Below, piece after piece: positions 11,950 through 23,479 of a stretch of 64,000 bases of DNA (its first letter is position 1; each line of letters begins with the position of its first letter). Position numbers and translations under genes: made by a program. The notes beneath the pieces are model-generated. The model had not been told where the DNA came from. It searched no databases and was given only the letters and a program-made list of their open reading frames with translations. Origin of the DNA: Eledone cirrhosa (taxonomy: Eukaryota); the NCBI GenBank assembly GCA_964016885.1, contig OZ024747.1, positions 32,178,001 to 32,242,000 on the forward strand. Direction: 5' to 3'.

Positions 11950-11950
<1 letters not shown>
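7749..11950 (-). mobile_element. Degraded CR1/L2-superclade LINE: ORF1 (Cys/His-rich, Q/P-rich, N-terminal Myb/SANT-like segment), APE endonuclease and RT; 3'-truncated
   Basis: NYRPISLTSH, YLDFSKAFDRVDH, DPLLFIIYIND, IFADD; APE TETHL, GLYRPP, LDLVFSN; many frameshifts. Confidence 0.85.
11408..11838. repeat. Two diverged ~220-bp tandem monomers in the putative LINE 5'UTR
   Basis: TTGGTTATTTGAAGA...AAAGCACGTG occurs twice. Confidence 0.6.
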
Positions 11951-12015
<65 letters not shown>

Positions 12016-12020
<5 letters not shown>

Positions 12021-12345
12021 AACAAGATGGGGAAGGACAGAACAAAGGAGAGGCACAAAACAAAGAAAAGAATCCCCAGTCACTGAAGAGGTCACAGAAT
12101 GTGTGACGAAAGAAGTTTGGCAATATATGAACAACCGTCCGGTTGTGGAACCAACCAACCAACCGGAAATTTATAAATTTTTTGGAAAAATGAAAAAAAA
12201 AATTATTTTAAAATTTATTATAAATAGGAGTGAAAGTTATTGGTGCGTGTGTTTCTTATTGGCAACATGACCCTCCCAAAGTATAACAATATCGGGTTCA
12301 ACACACGTTTTCAGATAAAGAATCTTGCTAAACAAATTCAGAAAC
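12016..12345 (+). mobile_element. Non-coding HHR-bearing repeat (pLTR/retrozyme-like); HHR at 12079-12121
   Basis: GTCA-CTGAAGA-G-GTCACA-GAATG-TGTGAC-GAAAGAAGTT-TGGC; shares ATGACCCTCCC.AAGTATAACAATAT with 12376-12815 and 27575-27897. Confidence 0.7.
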
Positions 12346-12375
12346 GAAATATCTATATCTATATATATATATATA

Positions 12376-12815
12376 TATTGTTATACTTGGGGAGGGTCAT
12401 ATTGTTGTAATAATATTGCCAGAAATAATAATTGTTTCTACTTTTGGAACAAGGCCAGCAATTACCAATTGCATTACTGGTACTTTATTTTATCGACCCC
12501 GTAAGGATGAAAGGCAAAGTTAACCTCGGCGGGATTTGAACTCAGAATGGCAAGGGCCGTAATTCTATGCGTCAAGCATGGCGTCCGACCCTCTATCGAT
12601 ACTGCCAATCCACCGCCAGAAATAATAACAGAACAAACTCACTGTTTGGTTGGTTTTCTCCTCTTCTGTATCTTTCATATCAGTTAATTCATTCGGTCCT
12701 CAATGTTTACCATTGACCGACCAACGGTCAAAAATACAGATAAAATATAGACACAAACACATATATATAGTCTAACAAAGTTCTTTCGTTGCACATCTGC
12801 AACATCATCAGTGGT
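12376..12815 (-). mobile_element. Second copy of the same family, interrupted by a SINE; HHR at 12776-12813
   Basis: CA-CTGATGA-T-GTTGCA-GATG-TGCAAC-GAAAGAACTT-TG on the minus strand. Confidence 0.75.
12432..12614 (-). mobile_element. tRNA-derived SINE with 14-bp target-site duplication
   Basis: TSD GCCAGAAATAATAA at 12418 and 12615; B-box GAGTTCAAATCC; core TTGCCTTTCATCCTTACGGGGTCGATAAAATAAAGTACC. Confidence 0.85.
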
Positions 12816-13190
12816 ATTATTATATCTACGCCATCTTTATTTTATCTGCTTATTTATTTATTTATTTTTGTCTTCTCTGCGCATGCGTTTGCGTGTGTGT
12901 ATAGTGTTTGGTGTGTGTTCGCGTTTGGGTGACTGTGTTTTGGTTATTGTATTCTATCTTAGTTTACTAGTGTGTGTTTATATGTGCTTGTTGTTATTGT
13001 GCTTGTGTATATATTTATTTACTTATTTATTTATTTATATTTCTCTTAAGTCAGTGTTGTTTGTTTGTGTGTTGTTGTTATTCCATTCATTTTTTCTGTT
13101 TAGCTTTGGCATTCTAAGCTCCATTTCACTTGCCTCTCTAATTTACCTATCTCCTACTTCCTCTCAATTGTTATACGCCCCATAATCAAG

Positions 13191-13590
13191 ATGTCTCCAG
13201 ATATATGTGACAGTATAGAGGACCTCCTCAGCAGAATCAATGAATGCAACAAAAACAAAAACCTATCTAACTGCGTAATAGGCAGTATGGACGTGGTATC
13301 ACTATACCCATCCATTAACATTGATTTTGTTGTGGAAAAATGTGTGGAGATGATCAGTGAGAGTGAGGTGGAGTTCTGCGACGTCGACACAGACGAACTG
13401 GGCCTCCTACTTAGACTTACCAATGTCACCGGCTACATAGACAGCCATGACCGTAGCCGTTTCTGCCCCAGTAGACCCATAAGAGGTAGACTCCCCACCA
13501 TAACCTCAATGGCAAAAAAGACTCCCATGGGAAGGTGGATTGGGTGGAACAAAGCCATACGGACCCTCCAAAACAATGATCAGGTACGAA
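13191..13590 (+). mobile_element. PLE RT fragment (Naiad-like)
   Basis: DSIEDLL...IGSMDVVSLYPSI...ELGLLLRL; truncated by (TA)n. Confidence 0.7.
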
Positions 13591-13620
13591 AAAAAAAATA
13601 TATATATATATATATATATT

Positions 13621-13663
<43 letters not shown>

Positions 13664-13738
13664 CTGTGTGTGTGTGTATATATATATATGTATCGAGACA
13701 TATCTGAGGACCATTTGGAAGTCTGCTTGGAAGAATCG

Positions 13739-13834
13739 AGACGTATCTGAAGACCTTGCAATTTCAGAGGCAGGTTCGATCACTGAATCGATAGTGCCTC
13801 GAACTGGTTGCCAGAAAAGTATTGTAATATGTCT
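13739..13834 (+). ncRNA. Hammerhead-like motif with ~60-nt stem II
   Basis: 8-bp stem I AGACGTAT/ATATGTCT, CTGAAGA 13747-13753, GAAA 13814-13817, GTA 13824-13826; stem III imperfect. Confidence 0.55.
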
Positions 13835-13955
13835 AATAAATTAATTCGTCGCACCACTGATTCTCCGTCTCTCATGTGATATTATACTCTGCTCTGTAAG
13901 AACATCGAGTGCTCAAAGGGCCTACCGCTTACGGACGCTTTAAGCATCCCACACC

Positions 13956-14030
<75 letters not shown>

Positions 14031-14171
14031 TATATATATATACAGATACATACATATACATATATTTACATATAGACATATATGTATGTATATGCATACA
14101 TATATAAATATACATATATATATATACACATATATATACATATATATGTATAGGTATACATATATATATAC

Positions 14172-14252
<81 letters not shown>

Positions 14253-14356
14253 TATATAAATATATAAATAAATACACACACACACACATATATATATATA
14301 CACATATATGTGTATATATATATATATATATATTCATATATAAATACATATATATA

Positions 14357-15230
14357 TCATCATCAGCATCATTTTACGTCCGCTTTTCCCTGCTTGCATG
14401 GGTGGGACGGGTCCTATTCAGCACAGCATCTCTCCACTTGTCATGGTCTTTCATCATCACCACCATGAGTTCAGCGATCTGAGATCTGCTCTCACCACCT
14501 GCGCCTATGTTTTTCGTTGTCTTCCTCTACCACGTCTTCTTTCAACTGGCATTTCCTGGCACTTCTTCACCCATCGGTCATCCTCCATGCACATCACATC
14601 ACCGCACACTACATTCTATCCCTCTCAGATACAGTTTCTCTCTCAACACATCCATGCTGGGTCGTTCACGCACATTGACACTGCACATCCAATGGAGCAT
14701 GCTTGCCTCATTTCTCTCCAGCCATCGCATATCCTGCTCATGTCTCACAACCATGCAGCATCACGCACCTCACACAGGCGTCATATAACCGGCCTTTCTT
14801 ACGCAGGGAGAGACCCTTCTTCGTCAGCAGAGGAAACAGCTCCCTACAATTCTTACAACCCGTCCTTATTATAGATACTATGGCCTCGCCCCCCCCCCCC
14901 CCATCCCATCTAATCTAGGTACCGGAAACTATCAACCACTATAGAACCCACCTGCATTTGAAAAATGTGTTTATCAATGAGATTTCTACTGGCAACTTTC
15001 CCTGTACATCTACTGCATACGTAGTTTTCCCTACCTGTTAGTTTGCCTGCTATCCGACTACATCTTTTGTGGACCCAAGATCTGCATTTTGTACATTTTA
15101 TGGAATTTATGCCAGTTCCTTTTCTGCATATCGAATATGGCCATTTCCCTGATGGAATCAGAGTTTCGTCCTCTTTTCTACTCATCAACACTTTTGTCTT
15201 AGCTAGGTTCTGTCTCAGTCCTCTTAATTC
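14357..15230 (-). mobile_element. RTE LINE 3' fragment with (GAT)n tail
   Basis: LAKTKVL, GKWP..ICRKG, WVHKRC, FRYL; tail GGAAAAGCGGACGTAAAATGATG. Confidence 0.85.
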
Positions 15231-15346
15231 CAAATGCATATATACACTTCCATACATATACACACACATCATACACACATATATATATATCCATACATAT
15301 ACGCATACATACACGTATACACATATATATACATATATATATATAC

Positions 15347-15377
<31 letters not shown>

Positions 15378-15397
15378 CATACATATATATATACATG

Positions 15398-15985
15398 GAA
15401 AAAATGATACGACATTTCATTTCTCACTCTTAGTACGGCTGTTACTTAAATATAAGTATGTATACGTACATACATATATGTATACAGACGTACAGTAGTA
15501 TGTATATATATACATACATGCACACATATATATATATATATATATATACGTATGGGTTTACCGAACATTTATTATAATGCTCAGTTTGTTTGTGCACAAA
15601 CAGCCCGATTAAGCCGTACAGTGTTTAGCAATCATCGTTGCCCTTTTGTTCAACACTGACAAAGGAATGATGTACTAGTTTCAAGCTTATTAGCTGTCGT
15701 CAGCATCGTATACCTTCCTGCCAGATGATTGAACGTCTGAAAGTATATACTTTCCTTATGCATATTAACGGCTGAGCAGCCTCATTTGCATATCGAGTGA
15801 GTTAGTCGGCCGGGCGCAGCGAAAACGATAATTAGAAAAAATGAAACGAAATTTCATTTCTCACTCTTAGTACGGCTGTTACTTAAATATAAGTAGGTAT
15901 ACGTACATACATATATTTATACAGACGTACAGTAGTATGTATATATATACATATAAATATATGCGCCCGGCCGACTAACTCACTC
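15398..15985 (-). mobile_element. Non-coding HHR element: ~437-bp monomer, ~120-bp partial second unit and a 24-bp inverted snippet
   Basis: Direct repeat 15398-15520 / 15835-15955; 15795-15818 inverted at 15962-15985. Confidence 0.75.
15663..15719 (-). ncRNA. Type-I hammerhead ribozyme
   Basis: GATG-CTGACGA-CAGCT-AATA-AGCTT-GAAAC-TA-GTA/CATC; distal stem I AGGAA/TTCCT. Confidence 0.88.
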
Positions 15986-18345
15986 TGTGATACACTGATA
16001 GTACATATGAAGCAACTACAGACAGTAATATGTGTCACATATCGGCCGCCCAATGCCCCCAGTCATGAGAGTAAATTTGAGGATAGCCTCAGTAGGATAG
16101 AAGAGGTCCTTGATAAACTGGACCAGGGTCTCAACATTCTACTGCTAGGAGACTTCAACCTGCCAAAGGTGAAATGGCCTGAGGGCCACCTCCTCCCTGG
16201 AATGACGTCAATAGAACAGAGACAGACGGAATCCCTGCTGGCCCTCACACACATGCTGTTCATGAAACAAGCAGTACTCCTCCCAACAAGAGGCGAAAAT
16301 GTCCTGGACCTCTGTTTTACAAACAACGAAGTGCTCCTCCACAATGTAAAGGTGACACCAACAATTTTCTTGGATCATAACTTAGTAGAACTAATGATAT
16401 GTGGTCCGAGAGAACCAACGGAGACACAACCATCAAGAAGCACCGGGACGTTATCCAGCCTTAACTTCTACAAGGCTAACTGGAAAAAGATCAAGAGAGA
16501 AATCCGGCAGCAAATATGGAGTGAAAACACCGCCACACAAGACACCAACACACGATTTCAACACTTCATGACAACGATACACACTATATGCAAGAAGTTT
16601 GTCCCGGAGAAAAAGACAAACAGACAAAAATCTCATTCCCAGAGATAGAAAATCCTCATGAGACGTAGAACCAAGCTCTCAAACCTGTTGAATGCATAAC
16701 AAGAAAACAAAAACAAGAAGGAACCCTATTTGAAACGTGCACTACTTGATACCGAGATTGCACTCAAACTTTCCCATCAAAATGAGAGGGCAAAGAAAGA
16801 AAGCAGGGCCATAGAAAATATGAAAACAAACCCGAAGGCCTTCTTTAAATTTGCGAAAGAAATTGCCTCGGTACACTGCAAGATACAGACGGTTCATTAA
16901 CCGAGAATCCCAAAGAGATAAGTGAAATACTGGACGAACAGTACAAAAGTGTATTCACATGTCCACTGAAGCACATGCAAATAACAAAGCCAGAGGAGTT
17001 CTTTGATGCCACAACACTACATGAAGAAATGGTGACCATCAACCACATAGACATAATGGAGGAGGATGTGGTATACACCATAGATAAAATTAGAAGAGAC
17101 TCAGCTGCTGGACCTGATGGATTCCCAACAGTCCTCTTAAAGACATGTAATCGGGCCTTAGCAACTCCACTGAAGATGCTAGTCAGAAGCTCCTTGGCTA
17201 GCGGTATACTACCCAGGGAGCTGAAAGAAGGCACAACTCCATAAAGGAGGTAGCAGAGCGGAGGCCAACAACTATAGACCAGTCTCCCTGACTTCGCATA
17301 TCAGTAAGGTCATGGAGCGAGTCGTCAGAAAGAAACTGATCACTTTCCTCGAGGAAAATGACCGCCTGACTAGCACGCAGCATGACTTCCGCCCAGGAAG
17401 AAGCTGCCTTACACAACTGCTACATCACTACGACTGGGTACTGAAACAACTGCTAGACTGCTCACATGTGGACGTGATATATCTTGACTTTGCGAAGGCC
17501 TTTGACAAGGTCGACCACGGAATGATATGTCACAAACTACACGGACTCGGCATAACTGGAAAAGTAGGTGAGTGGCTGCATGACGTCTTAAAGGATAGAA
17601 GTCGCAGCAAACGGGGCCCTCTCAAATGAAACACCAATAACAAGTGATGTGCCCCAAGGCACGGTCTTGGGGCCACTACTTTTTTTGGTGGCTCTCTCAG
17701 ACATGCCCTCTGTAGTACATACAACATCCCTCACTAGCTATGCTGATGACACTAAGGTAGCACAGGCAATCAAAAACCCGGCTGACGCTGCCCTTTTACA
17801 ACAAGATCTGGATGCCATATACAAATGGGTGGAAGAAAACAACATGCAGTTTAATGCTGGCAAATTCCAAGCCTAAAATACAAACCTGCAAACACAAATA
17901 CAGTACAACACAGCTACTCAGGACCAGGAGGGACCAATATCCTCATGTCAAAAACGATACGAGACCTGGGTATAGACATGAGCGATTATGCATCTTTTTC
18001 ATCACTGTGTGGTGCCTAAGGTCCCGTATTCCACATCTAGAATAAGGAGCAGATATTGCAATAGCCTGGGGTTCAAGGGCCCTCAACTCTTCAACAAGCC
18101 GCCGAGGGATCTGAGAGATCTGCATGGTGTGGATGTGGATGGTTTCAAGAAACATCACGACACCTTGCTATCCAGGATCCCGGATGAGCCGACAGCAAGG
18201 CACGAGGGAAACCTAAGGGCAGCAGCAACAAACTCCTTCTTGCACCAGTGGCCAACCAATACAGGCTGGAGATAAAATGTGTAGCAACAAGGGCGGTGCC
18301 CCAGCATGGCCTCAGCCGGATGGCTGGGTCTATTATAATAACCCA
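15986..18345 (+). mobile_element. CR1/L2-superclade LINE, 5'-truncated and internally deleted
   Basis: TYRPP, GDFNLP, LDLCFTN, GPDG, YLDFAKAFDKVDH, PQGTVLGPLLF, YADD; 3' end GGCGGTGCCCCAGCATGG also at 57983-58020 (minus). Confidence 0.88.
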
Positions 18346-19249
18346 TTATCATCATTGTAGTTATTATTATTATTAAATGTCAATGAATCAACATCATAAC
18401 CTATTATATTTTCTCTCTGTCATTTTCTATCTTTTAATTTCTTTTAATTTCTTTTAATTTCTTTCCCTAAATATATTCTATCTCCTACATTATAACCTAT
18501 TGTATTATCTTCACTTCTAATATAACTTCTAATTTAATATATTAATTTAACCAATACATATATGAATATATTTAATAGTTTCATGTTTATACCATCATAT
18601 CTTCATATTTTAACCACCAACACTACAACTATTTTCAACAATCATATTATGTTCATTTTCTTCACACACACAACATTTTTTTATTTATTTTTTATTATCT
18701 TCGCTATAACTCATTTATTATTATTCATTTATTATCAATACTTTTATTTTTTTCGCAGTATTTTTTTAAATTCTCTTTTCTTCTTTCTTTTTTTCTTCTT
18801 TCTTTCTCTTTTTTTCTCTCTTTTTTTTCTCTCCATCTTTTTCTTTTTTCTTTTTCTTTCTTTCTTTATTAATGATGTTGTAATTTGAATTTAGAAACGC
18901 TGTGTATAATTTGAAACAGTTTTTCCGATGATTTGTATGATTAAGCATACATCGTATTTAAAATTGAATGACACAACTTCAAGTGATTAGCAAATTTAAG
19001 ACAACTTAACCAATGAAACAATTGTGAATACTGTAAATAAAATCCTTTTTGTACTGTTGACCATATTATTCTTCACTCTTTCACTATTATTACTCCAAGA
19101 TTAACTTACATAGCAACTCCCGAGAACTTATATAATCGATACCTAAGGAAACCTCTTGTTGAGTACGATAAACTATCCACAATACGGAGTATTCACAACC
19201 TCTAACTGGATTACCTATAACGATAACTTGTTCTCCCTTATACATATAT

Positions 19250-19335
<86 letters not shown>

Positions 19336-19454
19336 CTAGGGCGGGTAAAATTCTCGAGATCCATGGACGAGTTCTCTCCAGCGGTCTCTGTCCCTCATTA
19401 TCGCTGCCATGTCCTGCGTTTCCAACAGACCAGTGTATATATATATGCATATAT

Positions 19455-22400
19455 ATCATCATCATTTTACGTCCGCTTTTCCCTGCTTGCAAGGGTTGGA
19501 TGGGTCCTATTCAGCACAGCATCTCTCCACTTGTCACGGTCCTTCGTCATCTCCTCGGTGAGTTTCAGCGATCTGAGGTCTGCTCTCACCACCTCCGCCC
19601 ATGTTTTTCGTGGTCTTCCTCTACTGCGTCTTCCCTCCACTGGGACTTCCTGGCACTTCTTCACCCATCGGTCATCCTCCATGCACATTACCTGTCCATA
19701 CCATCTCAGTCATTACCTGTCCATACCATCTCCTACACAACACAACTTATCCCTCTTATACCCAGTTTCTTTCTCAACTCGTACATGCTTGGTCATTCAC
19801 GCACATTGACATTGCACATCCAACGGAGCATAATTGCTTCATTTCTCTCTAGCCGTCACATATGATCTGCAGTTGCTGCCCATGTCTCACCACCATGCAG
19901 CATCGCGCATCTCACGCAGGCATTATATAACCGTCCTTTCGTACGCAGGGAGAAACCCTTCTTGTCAACAGAGGAAGCAGCACCCTAAACTTCTTCCAAC
20001 CCGTCCTTATTCTAGATACTATGGCCTCGGAACACCCCCTCCCATGCTAATCTGATCACCTAGGCACCGGAAGCTATCAACCACTTCTATAGAATCCACC
20101 AGCATTGGAAAAATGTGTCTATCACAGCGATTACTACTGCCAACTTTCCCTGTACATCTACTGCATATGTAAATTTCCTTACCTGTTAGTTTGCCTGCTA
20201 TCCGACTACATCTCTTGCGTACCCAAGATCTGTATTGCGTACATTTTATGGAATTTAGGCCAGTTCCCCTCCTACATATCGAACATGGCCATTTCCCTGA
20301 TGGAATCAGAGTATTTCCTCTCTTCTACTTATCAACACTTTTGTCTTAGCTATGTTCACTCTCAGGCCTCTTGATTCCAACTGCTGTTTCCATTGCCAGA
20401 ATTTATTCTCTAGCTCCTCTACTGATTCTGCTATAAGAACCAGATCATCAGCATAGAGAAGTTCCCATGGGAATCCAGTCTTAAACTCCTCTGTTGTGGC
20501 TTGGAGGACTATAATGAACAAGAGTGGGCTGAGCACCGAACCTTGATGTACACCTACTTGTATCTGGAATTCCTCACTAAACTCCATTCCTATTCTCACT
20601 TTACTGACAACACCCCTGTACATAGCTTGCACTGTCCTCACAAGCCATTCCTCTACACCTAGTTTCCATAGGGACCACCAGATGACAGATCGGGGTACCC
20701 TATCAAAGGCCTTCTCTAGGTCAACAATAGCTAAGTATAGAGGCATATTCTTCTCTAAGAACCTCTCTTGTAGTTGCCTCACTAAGAAGAGGGCATCTGT
20801 TGTACATTTACCAGGCACAAAACCAAACTGCATCAGATCTAAATTGACCCTTTCTCTAATCATTTGCGCTAATATTCTCTCTGCCACTTTCATAACCTGA
20901 TCCATCATATTTATGTCCCTATAATTGCTCCTCTCTAGAGCATGCCCTTTACCTTTGTAGCAATTTATGAGAATACTGCTGCACCAGTCTTTTGGTATGA
21001 CACCACCATATATAGCCTGATTGATGATGCGTGCAACTAGTTTAGTGCTTACTTCTGATGCCTTCAGCATCTCAGCAACTATCCCCGACGGTCCAGCAGC
21101 CTTACCATTCTTCATTTCCTTAATTGCCTCTTGGACCCTATGTTCATCAATTTCAATAGCTTGTCCCTCTGTTGGGTCTACTATGAGTAGTTTCTCTCTC
21201 TCCCATTCATTCTCACCATTCAACAGTCTCTCATAATGACATTTCCAGGCCTCCTTTTTCTAAGCATCAGTGACATTAAGTACACCCACATCATTTCGGA
21301 CACACTTATCTCCAACCTCATCCTGATTCACACTGACACACTGCCTTGCCTTGCGGAACACCGCACGTCTCTGATCTTCCCATTCGCAGAACATTGGCAA
21401 ACCAACTCTCAGCCTCCCTGCATGCTAAGTACACCTGACGTCTAGCTTCTCTCTTAACGGCTGTGTATCCGTCTCTACTCCCACCATTTTTTCAAGATTT
21501 CCATGCCAGTCTTTTGTCTCTAATGGCCCTATCTACCGTGCTGTTCCTCCACCAGGTCACTCTCTGTCTGGTCGAAGCTCTGCCCCAACCACAAGTTTCT
21601 TCAGTAGCCTGCAGTCAGTTGTCATACAACTATCTATGTCATACAACTATCAATCGTCTTATTTTTCGTCGTACACATCTTGAAGGGCTTTGCTAAATTT
21701 ATATTTTAATGAAAGGTCTTTTAGCTTCCAGACCTTTCTTTTCCACACCTTCCTGTATGTCTCATTCTTATCCTTGCTTACTGAGATATCACTAACGACT
21801 AACCTATGCTGTGGGGTACATTCCTCCCCAGGATAAGCCTTAGTATTTGACACCATCCGTCTGTCTCGCTGCCTAACTAGCAAGAAGTCAATATGGCTTA
21901 TGCGCTCGCCTGATTTGTAGGCTATTTGGTGGTTGGTAGGCTTCTGGAAGTTAGTGTTTCAAATGGTTAGTGCATTTGCATCACAAAATTCAAGAAGCCT
22001 CACTCCTTCATTTCTTGAGCCGTAGCGGTGCCCACCATGTACCCCAGTGTATCCATCCTGGAGTGGTCCAACATGTCCATTGAAGTCCCCTGCTAGCATA
22101 ACGATGTCTCTGTCTTGTCATTGAGGCTGTCTGTAAAAGTTGCTCGTAAAAGCCGTCTTTCTCTTCTTTACCTAGGCCTGCCTGGGGAGCATAGGCAGAG
22201 ATGATTGTCAGCAGTCTCTTGCCTACAACTAACCTAAGCTTAACTATTCTATTACTAACTCTAACTACCGCTATTGCCATTTCATCAGACAGTAATATGC
22301 CTACCCCATCTCTCAGACAGTAATATGCCTACCCCACCTAACCATCATCATTACCCACCCAGAGAAGCTTATAACTAAGATGTTTTCCTCCGATTACACT

Positions 22401-22630
22401 TGCAGAGGCACCTCTCCATCTCACCTCTTGCACACAGCACACATCCACATGTCTTCTCTCCAGCATCTCTGCAATCTCACCAGATCTACCTGTTAGAGTG
22501 CCAACATTAAGTGTGGCAACTCTGAGATGCGACATCCCGTTCTTTTTCCTATTGTGCGATTGCTTGATGACGGTCGGGGGCTTCTCACACATGGTCACAC
22601 TAGCCACCCCACTACCGTGCGTAGCCTTCA
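19455..22630 (-). mobile_element. Near full-length degraded RTE LINE
   Basis: TLNVGTL, CVQEVRW, SAYAPQ, DLEKAFDRVPR, GVHQGSVLSPLLF, LYADD; (GAT)n tail. Confidence 0.92.
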
Positions 22631-22725
22631 CATATATATACACATATCTATATACATATATATACATATATATACAAATATATATATATACATATATATA
22701 CATATATATATATAAATATATATAT

Positions 22726-23020
22726 GGAGGCACATGGCTTAGTGGTTAGAGCATTGGGCTTGCAATCGAAAGGTTGTGAGTTCAATTCTCAGACCAGGTG
22801 ATGTGTTGTTTCCTTGAGCTTTATTTCACATTGCTCCAGTTTACTCAGCTGTAGAAATGGACGTGGAGGTGCCATGGCAAAAAAGCACCCAGCACTCACT
22901 GTAAATGAGGTTGGTGTTAGGAAGGGCATCCAGCTGTAGAAATCAAGCCAGAATCAGTTCCCGTCCCACCCTTGTAAGCAGGGAAAAGCGGACGTAAAAT
23001 GATGATGATATGATGATGAT
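22726..23020 (+). mobile_element. tRNA-derived SINE with RTE-type 3' tail
   Basis: A-box TGGCTTAGTGG, B-box GAGTTCAATTC; tail AAAAGCGGACGTAAAATGATGATG shared with RTE LINEs. Confidence 0.85.
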
Positions 23021-23479
23021 ATATACATATTTATATATATATACATATACATATATATACTTATATATATATTATTTCGCCCTGAGATGCTATAGGCCAT
23101 GATGGCTACCTATCTCACAATTTCAATCCTGCCCACCCCACCATAGCCTATTCGACCAATCAAACCTCAGCATGTCACCCCCCCCCCCCACCCATTACCA
23201 ACCCCAACAAACTCTGCCATTACTACTACTACCTACCTCTCTCCTCACCCGTCCCAGCCCCAACACACCTTGTCATTATTACCACCACCACTGTTCTTCT
23301 AGTCCCGAATTCTCCTACCGTTATGTATGGATGAGCTGAGAATAAATGGAGCAACCCCGAATTAATAAATGAAAATGAATATGAATCCGCGAGCTACCAA
23401 GCACCCATGCGAAGCTTCAATTCAGAGACAGGAAGCATAAACACACCCCTGCAAAAATTTAACCTTTCCCACGAATGTT

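Noticed and set aside
15721-15756. Plus-strand hammerhead CAGATGA...GAAAGTATATACTT (would give ribozymes in both polarities)
   Set aside because: Stems I and II do not pair convincingly; only the minus-strand HHR is supported.
22726-22810. tRNA genes at SINE heads (also 27300, 29431, 58770)
   Set aside because: They have A/B boxes but no complete cloverleaf, and they continue into SINE core and tail.
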